Shown piece after piece: positions 28,253 to 38,319 of a DNA stretch of 61,384 nt. The DNA lies in IMG/VR virus record IMGVR_UViG_3300037961_004286, positions 1-61,384 of that record; one strand, given 5' to 3'. The notes under the pieces are model-generated. The model was not told where the DNA came from and did no database searches. It saw only the letters and a program-made list of their open reading frames with translations. The DNA comes from a virus (taxonomy: Duplodnaviria > Caudoviricetes). How positions within the stretch are numbered: the first letter of the stretch is position 1; every line of letters begins with the position of its first letter. Both the position numbers and the translations under genes were made by a program.

Positions 28253-29485
28253 ATGCTAAGTTTTATGGAATACATATCTGAAGCAGCTGATTCAGCTCAA
28301 AATCTGCATATGACTCATGCAGATGAAGATATATTCGAAAGAGGAGATACAGGAGCTCAAGCTGCAATTGATTTTCTAAAAGACTTTGCTGAAACTGTTG
28401 GAACAAACGAAGCTAATTTAACTGTTAAATGGGACGGAGCTCCAGCTTTATTTGCAGGATATGATCCTAGTGATAATAAATTTTTTGTAGGTACAAAATC
28501 AGTATTTGCTAAAAATCCAAAACTATATAAAACTCAAAAAGATATTACTGATAATGAAAAAGGCGGAAAGGCGCAAAAACTTAAAGTTGCTTTGAAAGAG
28601 TTACCAAGCGTTGGAATTCCAAAAGGTACAGTTCTACAAGGAGATATGTTATTTACTAAAGGGGATCAGAAATATGAAACTATCGATGGTGTTAGATATC
28701 TTACCGTACATCCCAATACAATTGTATATGCTTGGCCTTCCAATAGTGATGTTGCAAAGCGTATTCGGAATGCCAATATTGGTATTATTTGGCATACCTC
28801 CTATAGCGGTAGAGGTGACCTTTCTACTTACTCTGCTACTTTTGGTGTTGATGTCTCTAAGCTTAAAACTACAAGAAATGTATTCATGGATGATGCATAC
28901 TTCAAAGGAGCAAATATAGGCTTAGATGATAATGAACATAGATCTTTGATGAGTCATATATCTAAAGCTGAAAGATATATAGGTAATTTTGATGATATAG
29001 TCACAGTAATGAATACTATTCCTTCTTCTGCAGCAGGAGCTAATGTTAAGACATTTATTAATAGTAAAATTAGAGCTGGACAGCTACCTAATCCTAGATC
29101 AGCAGCTAATGAATACTTAGATTATCTTAAAACCTATTGGGAAGATAAAGTAATATCTAAAGTAAAATCAGAAACAGCTATTAATACAAAAAAAGCAGCG
29201 TTAAAACAACTATTAGATGATCTTAAAAATATCATGCCTACTTTAGTTAAAGCTTTTCAATATGTAGATGAAATTACTCAGGCAAAAATGATTGCAATCA
29301 ATAAGCTTAATATGATAAATAATCAAAAGACATTTGTTCTTACAAACGACGGATTCAAAGTTACAGAACCAGAAGGGTATGTAGCTATTAACACAGAGAA
29401 AGGTGAGGCAGTTAAATTTGTAGATAGATTAAACTTCTCTCATTTTAACTTCTCATCGGAATATATTAAAGGCTGGCAACGATGA
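28253..29485 (+). CDS. Conserved T4-like protein with capsid-targeting-like N-terminus
   Basis: NLHMTH.DE, TVKWDGAPA, FFVGTKSVF, QGD, PEGYV, VKFVDR; leaderless start MLSFMEYISEA. Confidence 0.75.
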   Translation: MLSFMEYISEAADSAQNLHMTHADEDIFERGDTGAQAAIDFLKDFAETVGTNEANLTVKWDGAPALFAGYDPSDNKFFVGTKSVFAKNPKLYKTQKDITDNEKGGKAQKLKVALKELPSVGIPKGTVLQGDMLFTKGDQKYETIDGVRYLTVHPNTIVYAWPSNSDVAKRIRNANIGIIWHTSYSGRGDLSTYSATFGVDVSKLKTTRNVFMDDAYFKGANIGLDDNEHRSLMSHISKAERYIGNFDDIVTVMNTIPSSAAGANVKTFINSKIRAGQLPNPRSAANEYLDYLKTYWEDKVISKVKSETAINTKKAALKQLLDDLKNIMPTLVKAFQYVDEITQAKMIAINKLNMINNQKTFVLTNDGFKVTEPEGYVAINTEKGEAVKFVDRLNFSHFNFSSEYIKGWQR

Positions 29486-30765
29486 CAGATTTTTACGCAA
29501 ACTACATTTCAAAAACTACATTTGATCCAGAAACTCATTCTGTTAGATCAAAAATGGAAGAAGCAGCTACGGATATGAAAAAGAAGCCTGCTTCTAAAAC
29601 TCCTAAACTAGAAGTTGAACCAACAGTGATTCCTGAAAAGAAACATATTGAAAAGGAAGAGCTTCATGGTGATCAGCATAAGTTAGATCATAATAAAGAT
29701 ATGAAGATTGATGCTGCTGATATGAAAATGGTTCGTAAAAAAGGAGCAGTTAAAAATCATCCCGCAGAAGATACTACAGACGAAGCAATGGTTATTCGTT
29801 CTAAAAAGTCTTCAGCAAAATTAAGAAGAGATGCTGAATCAAGACCAATGGGTGTAAGAGAAGATGATGAAGAGTTAGAAGAAGCTACATTTAGAGTTTC
29901 TATTTCAGGTCTTCCTACAATGCATGTAAGTGGCTCATCTGCAGGAGAAATTAAAACATCGTTGCGTAAGATGTTAAAAGATCCTAAAGCTCTAGGTAAC
30001 ATTGAAAAGATTACTCCGTCAGAAAAGAAATCAGATCTCAGAGCTAAGATGTCTGAAGATCAAACTGTAGCTGATTATCTTAAAAAAGGTGGAAAAATTA
30101 CAAAACTTCCAGCAGGTAAAGCTCAGGGTGCTCATGGCGACTCTAAAATGGCTAGTGGTATTGCAGGTCAACTTAGTACAGCTGATACAAGTAGATTTAA
30201 GACAAAGAAAAAAGTTAAATCTATGGAAGATGTAGAGCAAGTTGCTGAGCTAGATAAAAAGACAATGGGTTCTTATATCAAAAAAGCAACTCATGATGTA
30301 GATAATAGATCATTTACACAAGGAATGAGATCTAATAATAAAGATTATACTTCAGCAGATGCTAGTAATAATAGAAATATTAGAAATAGAAGAGCTGGTA
30401 TTGCTAGAGCAGCAAATAAAATGTCAGAAAAGTTCGCTAATCCAGCACAACAAGCAGCAGCTATGGCAGCCATTAAAGCTAAGCCAGGCTACTACAAAAA
30501 ACCAAAAGAAGAGTCTTATAGTCATGCTGGTACTAGTTTTAGTATGAAAGCAATGTCTAAAATGAAACCACAAGAAAAAGAAAAACCCAAAAAAGAATCT
30601 GTAAATGTTGAAGAAAAAGACACTCATGTAACTAAGGACGGCCGTACAGTTAAGAAAGGTCTTTGGTATTATATGAATAAGCGTAAAAAAGCTGGCACAA
30701 GTAGACCAGCAAGCGCTGGTACAGTTTCACCTGAAGCTATGAGAAAATCACAATCTGATAATTAA
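29482..30765 (+). CDS. Low-complexity charged protein, probable internal head protein
   Basis: Segments separated by Glu-ending motifs (LEEA, MSE, KEES) resembling prohead protease sites. Confidence 0.55.
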   Translation: MTDFYANYISKTTFDPETHSVRSKMEEAATDMKKKPASKTPKLEVEPTVIPEKKHIEKEELHGDQHKLDHNKDMKIDAADMKMVRKKGAVKNHPAEDTTDEAMVIRSKKSSAKLRRDAESRPMGVREDDEELEEATFRVSISGLPTMHVSGSSAGEIKTSLRKMLKDPKALGNIEKITPSEKKSDLRAKMSEDQTVADYLKKGGKITKLPAGKAQGAHGDSKMASGIAGQLSTADTSRFKTKKKVKSMEDVEQVAELDKKTMGSYIKKATHDVDNRSFTQGMRSNNKDYTSADASNNRNIRNRRAGIARAANKMSEKFANPAQQAAAMAAIKAKPGYYKKPKEESYSHAGTSFSMKAMSKMKPQEKEKPKKESVNVEEKDTHVTKDGRTVKKGLWYYMNKRKKAGTSRPASAGTVSPEAMRKSQSDN

Positions 30766-30785
30766 AAAAAATTAAACTTTTTTCC

Positions 30786-30875
30786 AAGGGCCTTGAAATC
30801 ATTGAATTTTCAGGGCCCTTTTTTAGTTGATTTCTTCTCAAAAAGTGTATATAATATATGTATAGAATGAGAAAT
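30786..30875 (+). promoter_or_regulatory. Stem-loop plus sigma70 early promoter cassette, copy 1
   Basis: Inverted repeat 30786-30820; TTGATT(30827)-17-TATAAT(30850). Confidence 0.85.
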
Positions 30876-30887
30876 GAGGAGAATATT

Positions 30888-31226
30888 ATGAAGTTTTCAG
30901 TTCACCAGATGATTCCAGCACATCGCAAGTACTTAGCTGAGCATAAGTCTGACGAGTATTTTCAGGTTTCGTTTTACGGTAATGTTTCCCCGTCATTGTT
31001 TCTTGCTCATTATAGCAAGGTTTGCGAGATTGTTGCAGAAGATCTTAATGAAGTATTTGAGATTGGTAACATTGGTCCTGAAGATAAGATTACTCGTTTA
31101 GATCGTATGCATTCAATCAGTGTAGGCGATGCTATTAGAGTAGAAGAAGGTCCTGAAATGGGTTATATCTATATTGTTAAGCCTGCTGGTTTTGAACGTT
31201 TTAGCAGCGAGAAGGAAGTAGCATAA
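30888..31226 (+). CDS. YodL-like early protein
   Basis: HSISVGD...YIVKPAGF; GAGGAG RBS before 30888. Confidence 0.6.
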   Translation: MKFSVHQMIPAHRKYLAEHKSDEYFQVSFYGNVSPSLFLAHYSKVCEIVAEDLNEVFEIGNIGPEDKITRLDRMHSISVGDAIRVEEGPEMGYIYIVKPAGFERFSSEKEVA

Positions 31227-31405
31227 TGGAAAAGAGTTTGTATGCAATGTGTGAATTTACTGATGATGTTGTCAGAGTGATTAGATATCTAGGTATGCTT
31301 AATTACCTTGTTGAGTATCCTGATGGAGAAACTCAAGTTGCTCATGAGTCTACTTTAGATTTTGATTGGTTAGATGCTAGAGAAGGAAGAATTGCAAATG
31401 ACTAG
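31226..31405 (+). CDS. 59-aa hypothetical protein (not in ORF track)
   Basis: TAATG coupling, AAGGA RBS. Confidence 0.55.
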   Translation: MEKSLYAMCEFTDDVVRVIRYLGMLNYLVEYPDGETQVAHESTLDFDWLDAREGRIAND

Positions 31406-31613
31406 ATTAGTTAACGTTCTTAAGGTAGGTGATCCTGTTATTACTCGTTTTGGTCATACTACTGTAACTAAGATTGAGTTGTGTGAGAAACGAGACGATA
31501 AGTATGGCATCAAGATGAATAGAGTGTTTTACTCAGATGTCGATCGCTGTGTTGTAGATACTGCTGATGGTCATTGGCAGTATGGTCATCAGTTAGACTT
31601 TATTACTATATAG
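31398..31613 (+). CDS. Hypothetical early protein
   Basis: ORF with RBS; GHWQYG motif. Confidence 0.6.
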   Translation: MTRLVNVLKVGDPVITRFGHTTVTKIELCEKRDDKYGIKMNRVFYSDVDRCVVDTADGHWQYGHQLDFITI

Positions 31614-31623
31614 GAGAATAGTT

Positions 31624-32028
31624 ATGTGGATGGAAAAAACTTGTGGTGATCTCGAAAATATTGTTGATCAGCTTAACGAGCGTGTACCTTTCAAAGGCGA
31701 ATGCAAGAAGAGATATACTAAGAATAAAAAGCTTGATCGTTTTCGTCGTGCTCAGAATGTAGTTCATGATATCTTTAACAACGGTCTGATAAATCGTTAT
31801 CGTGAGCTTCGTGTTCTTGATAGAGATCTACGTATTCACCACTTACCTATTCATTCTAATCAAGAAGGAAAGTGGGACATAATTGAGAAACGCATTGCTC
31901 CTCATTTTCGTGAGATTGTTATGGATGCTGTTCTTGAGCAATTCGGTAAGGATGTGTGGATGCAGGTAATGCATAATCGTTCAAGTTCTATTATTAACAA
32001 AGCTATTGCTGAAGGAAGAGTAAAATGA
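31624..32028 (+). CDS. Hypothetical early protein
   Basis: FRRAQNVVHDIFNNGL motif; AGGAG RBS. Confidence 0.7.
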   Translation: MWMEKTCGDLENIVDQLNERVPFKGECKKRYTKNKKLDRFRRAQNVVHDIFNNGLINRYRELRVLDRDLRIHHLPIHSNQEGKWDIIEKRIAPHFREIVMDAVLEQFGKDVWMQVMHNRSSSIINKAIAEGRVK

Positions 32029-32441
32029 TTGTTTGTTTAGATATTGTTGGAGTTGAAAATGAAGAACAAGGTTTACTTATCAGAGATGTCATCGAGCAGT
32101 CCTTGGATACCCTTATGCCAAGGCGTCGCTCTCCTATTTTTATCGATTGTCATATTGCTTTAGATGAAGATATGGGTAATGCAGAAGCTATGATACATCA
32201 AGAAGCAGATGATACTTTCTTTCTTGCTTTATCTCAATCAGCTTTAGAAGGTCCTACTGATGATCTTGTAACTCTTCTTATTCATGAGATGGTTCATGTT
32301 CGTCAATATATTCGTAAACAAATTACGAATAATCCTTATAATAATTTCGAAGAATATATCAAGTTACCTTATGAGCAAGAAGCTTATAGACTTCAAGAGG
32401 AGATGTTAGATGAGATCAAAGCGAAAGTCTTTAACGATTAA
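32025..32441 (+). CDS. Zn metallopeptidase-like protein
   Basis: HEMVHVRQ (HExxH) plus PYEQEA. Confidence 0.7.
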   Translation: MIVCLDIVGVENEEQGLLIRDVIEQSLDTLMPRRRSPIFIDCHIALDEDMGNAEAMIHQEADDTFFLALSQSALEGPTDDLVTLLIHEMVHVRQYIRKQITNNPYNNFEEYIKLPYEQEAYRLQEEMLDEIKAKVFND

Positions 32442-32757
32442 TCAGCAGAAAGCTAAGGACGATCATGATAAGTGGTTACGTAAACGAGGTGTTCATCCAG
32501 ATCAGCTTAGAGCTGTATTACCTCATAACGCTAAGGGTAAACGCTTAGGAGTTCATGCATTACCTGACTATAAGGCTCATCAAGGCGAACGTACTGTTCA
32601 GACTTCTGATAGGGTTGTAGGTTCTACTGCTAAGAAAGAATCTAATACTTATACGGGAGACTTTATTGTAGGTATTGCTACTATGCATAAGTCTAACTTT
32701 GTACCTGTTACTCGAGATCAGGATGGCAAAGATTATGCTACTATGAGGCGTAACTAA
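32410..32757 (+). CDS. Conserved hypothetical protein
   Basis: YTG...GIATMHKSN.VPV motif. Confidence 0.7.
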   Translation: MRSKRKSLTINQQKAKDDHDKWLRKRGVHPDQLRAVLPHNAKGKRLGVHALPDYKAHQGERTVQTSDRVVGSTAKKESNTYTGDFIVGIATMHKSNFVPVTRDQDGKDYATMRRN

Positions 32758-32978
32758 TGAGTGAAGATGATCAGGTTACCTTAAATTTAGGTAACGGAAT
32801 GAGTAGCAGCTCTATGTCTGCTGCTCGTTCTTTATTTGACGAAATTGTGAACATTAACACAAAAATATCTATAATGAAACAGCAAGGTGTAGAAAGTGAA
32901 GAACTTTCTGATCTGCGTTCAGTAAGAAAATATATGAAAGATAGAATAGAATTTTATGTTAATGGTGGTTGTGTATGA
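32757..32978 (+). CDS. Hypothetical protein
   Basis: TAATG-coupled ORF. Confidence 0.55.
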   Translation: MSEDDQVTLNLGNGMSSSSMSAARSLFDEIVNINTKISIMKQQGVESEELSDLRSVRKYMKDRIEFYVNGGCV

Positions 32979-33574
32979 ATGTATTTTGTCTCGATAGAGA
33001 CCCTATGAAAGCTGCACATATGATGTGCGATAAACATGTAGTTAAGATGATAGTAGAGACTTGTCAGATTCTATCTGCAGTTCTAGATAACAACTACACT
33101 ACTAAAGAGGATATTAAACCTTCTGTGCAACTAGGTACAGCAGGATATCCTCCTGCTCATGTAAAGCATCCTTCTACTATGTGGGCTATGGAAGCTAAAG
33201 GTAACTATAAATGGCTAGTTAAACATCTAAGAGGTTTATGTATAGAATATTCTAGACGCTATAATAAAACTCATAGTATGGAAGGTCAGCTTATGATCTT
33301 CGAAGGTCAGTTACCTCATCTTTCTTTTGCTAAAGAACGAAAAACTGAGTTTGTTCAAGCTATAACAGATAAAAGATGGCACCGTAAAGACCCTATCGAA
33401 GCTTATAGAGTGTACTATAACATGGAGAAGTTTACGTTTGCTAAATGGAAACTAGGTAATGTACCTGATTGGTATACAGGTGCACCTCAATATATTGTAG
33501 AATTGGAGAAGAAATATGCCGCACTTATCAACGAAGACTTACGGCCACGAAAACGGACTAAGTTGCGCGTTTAG
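32975..33574 (+). CDS. Pyrimidine-dimer glycosylase (DenV)-like family protein
   Basis: MNVF.LD.DP..AA..CDKHVVKM, HP...W, EY..RY.K.H, AYR.YY. Confidence 0.7.
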   Translation: MNVFCLDRDPMKAAHMMCDKHVVKMIVETCQILSAVLDNNYTTKEDIKPSVQLGTAGYPPAHVKHPSTMWAMEAKGNYKWLVKHLRGLCIEYSRRYNKTHSMEGQLMIFEGQLPHLSFAKERKTEFVQAITDKRWHRKDPIEAYRVYYNMEKFTFAKWKLGNVPDWYTGAPQYIVELEKKYAALINEDLRPRKRTKLRV

Positions 33575-33992
33575 ACAGCCTAATGCTACTCACTCTCATT
33601 GTTCTCGCATTCATGGTTATGCTTTATCGTTTAAGTTTACTTTTGGTTGTAGAGAGCTAGATGATAAAAACTGGGCTGTAGATTTTGGTAGTCTTAAGAA
33701 GTTAAAAGAATGGTTAGAAGATAACTTCGATCATACTCTAGCTGTTGATTATGCTGATCCTATGAAAGAAACTTTACAAGATCTAGCTCGATATGATATA
33801 GTAAAGATTAGGTTGTTCGACGGTGTAGGGTGTGAAAAGTTTGCTGAACATGCTTTTTGTTATGCTGATAGACTTATTGATGAAATGACGGATGGAAGAT
33901 GCTTTGTTGAATCCTGTGAGGTAAGTGAGCATGGTGCTAATAGCGCTATCTATACACCTTACCATGTAAAGAGAGAAAGATTTGTCGGATAA
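33516..33992 (+). CDS. queD: 6-carboxytetrahydropterin synthase
   Basis: HC..IHGY, VDFG.LK, FDH, EHGANSA. Confidence 0.88.
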   Translation: MPHLSTKTYGHENGLSCAFRQPNATHSHCSRIHGYALSFKFTFGCRELDDKNWAVDFGSLKKLKEWLEDNFDHTLAVDYADPMKETLQDLARYDIVKIRLFDGVGCEKFAEHAFCYADRLIDEMTDGRCFVESCEVSEHGANSAIYTPYHVKRERFVG

Positions 33993-34221
33993 GATAATTA
34001 GACTAACTGAGCTCTTAGATCATAAGCTTAGAAAAGAAAAAGAGTTAGCTTATTATAGAGAGCAGTTGTTAGAGATACAAGATAAAATTGTAACTATGCA
34101 AAAAGATTTAGATTTAACTAAACTTATAATAGAAATTATTCAAGCTGAAAAAGTAGTAGATATAGAACAAAAAGTAAGAGATGCAATTCCAGTCTTAGGA
34201 GTAAATGATAAAGAACTATAA
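33982..34221 (+). CDS. Coiled-coil hypothetical protein
   Basis: RKEKELAYY..QL motif. Confidence 0.6.
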   Translation: MSDKIIRLTELLDHKLRKEKELAYYREQLLEIQDKIVTMQKDLDLTKLIIEIIQAEKVVDIEQKVRDAIPVLGVNDKEL

Positions 34222-34258
34222 ATGTATTTTACTTATAATAATATAAATGGTGAGATAA

Positions 34259-35161
34259 ATGACTGAAAAGAAATATTACTACTCAGAGATCTTTAACTCT
34301 ATTCAGGGTGAAGGTACTTATACTGGTGTGCATACTTTATGGCTAAGATACTTTTTGTGTAACTTACAATGTGATGGATTTGGTCAGATAGATCCTACTA
34401 ACCCTGATACTTATGAATTACCTTATGATGACTTTGATGCTATGTCTGTTAACAGAGTAGAAGATCTTCCTGTTTGGTCTAAAGGGTGTGATAGCTCTTA
34501 TACCTGGTCTAAAAAGTTTAAGCATCTTATGGGTCAAAAGACAGCTAAAGATATTGCTAGAGAAATAGTTATGGCTAATATGAATGAGCATAACTTAGCG
34601 GGAAGCTTCCTACATCCAGTAAGCAATCAACGTTCACATATGTGCTTTACTGGAGGTGAACCTCTTATGAAGCATGCTCAAAAATGTTCTATAGATATTT
34701 TACAATTTTTTATCGATACAGAAAATATTCCAGGTAGTACTACTTTCGAAACTAATGGTACTCAGAAGTTAACTGATGAGTTTAAAGACTGGTGGGCTAC
34801 AAGCGGAGAAGATTTAGAGTTATTTTTCTCTCTTAGTCCTAAGCTATGGACAGTTGCAGGTGAAAAGAGAGAAAAAGCTATCAAACCTGAATTTGTAGCT
34901 GAATATAGAGAATTATCCGATAGAGGTCATCTTAAGTTTGTTCTAGGTTCAGAAAAAAGACAATGGGATGAACTTGATGAAGTAATTAAGCTATTCAGAG
35001 ATGAAGGAGTAGATTACCCTGTCTTTATTATGCCTGTAGGTGCTAGAGAAGAAGAGCAAACTGCTACTGCAGGAGAGGTAGCTAAAATGGCTTTCGATAG
35101 AGGTTATAATGTCTCTGGTCGTATGCATGTATATTTGTTTGGTAATGCTATAGGAACGTAA
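34259..35161 (+). CDS. queE: 7-carboxy-7-deazaguanine synthase (radical SAM)
   Basis: EIFNSIQGEG, CNLQC...GCDS with long insertion, TGGEP, ETNGT, SPKL. Confidence 0.92.
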   Translation: MTEKKYYYSEIFNSIQGEGTYTGVHTLWLRYFLCNLQCDGFGQIDPTNPDTYELPYDDFDAMSVNRVEDLPVWSKGCDSSYTWSKKFKHLMGQKTAKDIAREIVMANMNEHNLAGSFLHPVSNQRSHMCFTGGEPLMKHAQKCSIDILQFFIDTENIPGSTTFETNGTQKLTDEFKDWWATSGEDLELFFSLSPKLWTVAGEKREKAIKPEFVAEYRELSDRGHLKFVLGSEKRQWDELDEVIKLFRDEGVDYPVFIMPVGAREEEQTATAGEVAKMAFDRGYNVSGRMHVYLFGNAIGT

Positions 35162-35162
35162 G

Positions 35163-35540
35163 ATGGGTAAGTGGATATTTTTGGCTTTAATTTTTATCTG
35201 GTATTTTGGTTTTGTAGCTACTTTTGCTTTCGGTCAAACTAATCAAGATTGTACCTATGTTAATAAAATAGAGCATGGATTAGACGGAGAAATAATTAGC
35301 TCAACTCAAGAATATATTTGCAAAACTCCTCCTAAAGTTATAGAGATTCACACATACCCTAATAAAAAAGCTCATGATGTAATGCAAACTCCCGTATATG
35401 GTTTAACTTTAGATTCATACGAAAATCCTACTCAAGTTCTTTATAATATGAATACGGAAATACAAATGAATAGAGCTATTACTCAAAGTAATTTACGATT
35501 TATTACTACGTTTGGTAATTTTTTGTCAATGTTTAATTAA
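35163..35540 (+). CDS. Hypothetical exported protein
   Basis: N-terminal hydrophobic signal. Confidence 0.6.
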   Translation: MGKWIFLALIFIWYFGFVATFAFGQTNQDCTYVNKIEHGLDGEIISSTQEYICKTPPKVIEIHTYPNKKAHDVMQTPVYGLTLDSYENPTQVLYNMNTEIQMNRAITQSNLRFITTFGNFLSMFN

Positions 35541-35550
35541 GAGGTGTAAA

Positions 35551-36186
35551 ATGAGAAACATTGCATATATCGCAGCAGGTACTCTAGTACTTGGTGCTTG
35601 TTCGTCTAACGATACTGCTGAGTTAATGATCGAAGATCCTATTAAGTATAATACTGAAAAGGTAGAGAATCAGATTGATGAGATTCCTAGCTGGTATCTT
35701 GAGCATCCTAAGACTGAAGAGATTATCTTCTCGTCAGGTACTGCTGTAACTCCTGATATGCAATTGTCTATGGATATTGCTATTCTAAATGCTAAGACTA
35801 CGTTAGCAGATAGAATTAATGGTCGTTTGTCATCTAAGACTAAGAACTTTGTTCAACGTATTGGGTCAAATGATCTAGATGCAGCTGTTGCTATGGATAT
35901 TCAGAGAGTAACTACTAATCTTATCGCTGATGTAGATGTTGCTGGCTATGCAGTAGATAAGTCAGAGATTATTCAAGACGGTCCTCAGTATAGAGCATAC
36001 GTTCTGCTAGCATACTCTGACAAAGAAGCTAATAAGATTCTAGTTAATCGTCTTCGAAAAGATAAAATGCTTTTAGATAAACTTTCTGCTACTAATGCTT
36101 ATAAAGATCTAGAAGATAGCGTTGCTGCTAAGAAAGAAAAAGATCTCGATGAGATGGAATTAATAGTAAAGGGTTTAAGTAATTGA
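35551..36186 (+). CDS. LPP20-like lipoprotein
   Basis: Lipobox LGAC; IPSWY; A..NAK..LA. Confidence 0.7.
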   Translation: MRNIAYIAAGTLVLGACSSNDTAELMIEDPIKYNTEKVENQIDEIPSWYLEHPKTEEIIFSSGTAVTPDMQLSMDIAILNAKTTLADRINGRLSSKTKNFVQRIGSNDLDAAVAMDIQRVTTNLIADVDVAGYAVDKSEIIQDGPQYRAYVLLAYSDKEANKILVNRLRKDKMLLDKLSATNAYKDLEDSVAAKKEKDLDEMELIVKGLSN

Positions 36187-36872
36187 AGGTATCTGATAGA
36201 ATAAATGAATGGATGCGCAAAGACGGTAAACGTTTTTGGGCAGGAGATAATATCTCCGAATATATGACTGATAAGACTAAAGACGCTCTAATAGATGAGG
36301 CTACTGTTGCATTCGAAGGTGTACTCGATGCTCTCCTCATCGATAGAGAGAATGATCCTAATTCTCATGGTACAGCTAGAAGGTTAGCTAAAATGTACTA
36401 TAATGAGATTATGGCAGGAAGATATGATCCAATGCCTAAAGCTACTGCATTTCCTAATGACGGAGATGATAGATATGAAGGTATGTTAGTTGTAAGATCT
36501 GAGTTAAAATCTATGTGCTCACATCATCATCAGCCAGTAGCAGGTATAGCATATATAGGTATTATCCCCGGAGATAAAGTTATTGGACTGTCTAAATATA
36601 CTAGAATAGCTCAATGGTGTGCACGAAGAGGTACCTTGCAAGAAGAGCTTTGCAATGATATAGCCAGAGAGATTCAGAAAGCTACTGAAAGTGAAAACGT
36701 AGCTGTATATATTCAAGCAACGCATGGTTGTTGTGAGAATAGAGGTATAGGAGCTCATAGTTCTTTAACTCAAACTGCGGTCCTAAAAGGACATTTTCTA
36801 GATGATAATATGACTACGAAGAAAGAGTTCTTCGATCATATTAACCTTCAACAACAATTTGCACCAAAATAA
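36183..36872 (+). CDS. folE: GTP cyclohydrolase I
   Basis: SMCSHHHQP, IGLSK, LQEE, HGCCENRG; TTG start. Confidence 0.95.
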   Translation: MKVSDRINEWMRKDGKRFWAGDNISEYMTDKTKDALIDEATVAFEGVLDALLIDRENDPNSHGTARRLAKMYYNEIMAGRYDPMPKATAFPNDGDDRYEGMLVVRSELKSMCSHHHQPVAGIAYIGIIPGDKVIGLSKYTRIAQWCARRGTLQEELCNDIAREIQKATESENVAVYIQATHGCCENRGIGAHSSLTQTAVLKGHFLDDNMTTKKEFFDHINLQQQFAPK

Positions 36873-36882
36873 GGAGAATAAA

Positions 36883-37488
36883 ATGTTGAAAGAATGGTTC
36901 AATTTACAGGATGTGAATAGAGAGCTTCTAATGAAGCTTGTAGCTTTACATCTAGTAATTATTGCTGCATCGAATTATATCGTGCAGTTTAGTGGCACAA
37001 TCTTTGGTTATCACTTTACGTGGGCTATGTTTGTGTTCCCTCTAGTTGTTATTGCTACAGACTTGACTGTACGATTAACAAATAAGTATCAAGCTAGATC
37101 TGTAGTAGCTCTAGCATTTCCTCCAGCAATCATTATTAGCGCAATGCTAGCTGATTGGCGTATTGGTTTTGCTAGCGCATTTGCATATCTTATTGGTCAG
37201 TTGTTTGACGTATCAGTCTTTCAACGTATTAGAGAAAAATTTACTGAAATGTGGTGGGTAGCTCCTGCTATCTCTACTGTAGTAGCTAATGTAGTAGATA
37301 CTTATCTATTCTTCTGGGCTGCATTTAGTAATCATGCAACTAATGAATTTATGGCTGCTAATTGGCTAGAAATTGCTACAGTCGATGTATTCTTTAAGAT
37401 TGCTACCTCTCTAGTATTGTTCTTACCTATCTATGGTGTGCTTTTGTCATACCTTAAGAGTAGAATGAACGTAACTTCAGCAGGTTAA
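36883..37488 (+). CDS. yhhQ: PreQ0/preQ1 transporter
   Basis: IAASNYIVQ, ATDLTVRL, AS..AY..GQLFD..VF. Confidence 0.88.
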   Translation: MLKEWFNLQDVNRELLMKLVALHLVIIAASNYIVQFSGTIFGYHFTWAMFVFPLVVIATDLTVRLTNKYQARSVVALAFPPAIIISAMLADWRIGFASAFAYLIGQLFDVSVFQRIREKFTEMWWVAPAISTVVANVVDTYLFFWAAFSNHATNEFMAANWLEIATVDVFFKIATSLVLFLPIYGVLLSYLKSRMNVTSAG

Positions 37489-37498
37489 ACTTTATAAT

Positions 37499-37529
37499 AG
37501 AGAGAGCATACAAGCTCTCTCTTTTTTTT
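37499..37529 (+). terminator. Rho-independent terminator
   Basis: agagagagc-atacaa-gctctctct plus T-run. Confidence 0.8.
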
Positions 37530-37539
37530 CGAGGTAAAT

Positions 37540-38319
37540 ATGAAAATAGCGCATGAAGCTCCTTTAAGTATCTTTGATAAGGTACAACAACTTACTGACT
37601 ATGATTATTTTCTAGTTCATCTATTTGAAGAAAATATAGCTTATCTTGAAAAAGCTTATGAATGTGTTGGTAATGGAAGAGAGACTATTTTAGATAATTC
37701 TATATTTGAGCTAGGAACAGCTTGGGATGCAGAAAGATTTGCATACTGGGTTGAAAAGATGAAACCTACTTATTATATTATACCTGATGTTTTAGATGAT
37801 AGCGCAGGTACTCTAGATTCGTTTGAGAAGTTTACTGAACAATATAAAGATCTGCCTGGTAAGACTATAGCTGTTGCTCAAGGTAGTAGCTACGACGACT
37901 TAGTTAAATGTTATAATTATCTTGCATATGATAATAGAGTTCATAAAATAGCTTTATCGTTTAATCATCCTTTCTTTCAAGACTATGAAGGTCAAAATAA
38001 GTATGAAAAGATGTTAAATGGCAGACAAGATACCTTACGTAAGATGGTAGAAGAAGATGTTATCAATACAAATAAACATCATCATCTACTAGGTTGTGGT
38101 TTACCGCAAGAGTTTAAAGAGTATAGAAAGTATCCATGGATAGATAGTTTAGATACCTCTAATCCGGTGATACATGGTATGAAAGGTATATGGTACGATG
38201 CTCAAGGATTGCAAAATAAAGAATCAGTAAAACTATATACTCTGATTAACGAAGATGTAAATGATCGCTGGGGAGAGATAGAGTATAATATTAAGACATT
38301 TAGGAGTTATTGTCGATGA
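37540..38319 (+). CDS. dpdA: TGT-fold 7-deazaguanine transglycosylase (DpdA-like), no C-terminal Zn site
   Basis: ILDNS.FE, IPDV, VAQG, HLLG, SLDTS motifs; position inside que cluster. Confidence 0.75.
   Translation: MKIAHEAPLSIFDKVQQLTDYDYFLVHLFEENIAYLEKAYECVGNGRETILDNSIFELGTAWDAERFAYWVEKMKPTYYIIPDVLDDSAGTLDSFEKFTEQYKDLPGKTIAVAQGSSYDDLVKCYNYLAYDNRVHKIALSFNHPFFQDYEGQNKYEKMLNGRQDTLRKMVEEDVINTNKHHHLLGCGLPQEFKEYRKYPWIDSLDTSNPVIHGMKGIWYDAQGLQNKESVKLYTLINEDVNDRWGEIEYNIKTFRSYCR

Noticed and set aside
30858-30887. Shared MYRMRN N-termini of ORFs 30858 and 47850 as a protein motif
   Set aside because: It is the translated promoter-leader repeat; strong RBSs point to starts at 30888 and 47880 (a leaderless extension cannot be fully excluded)
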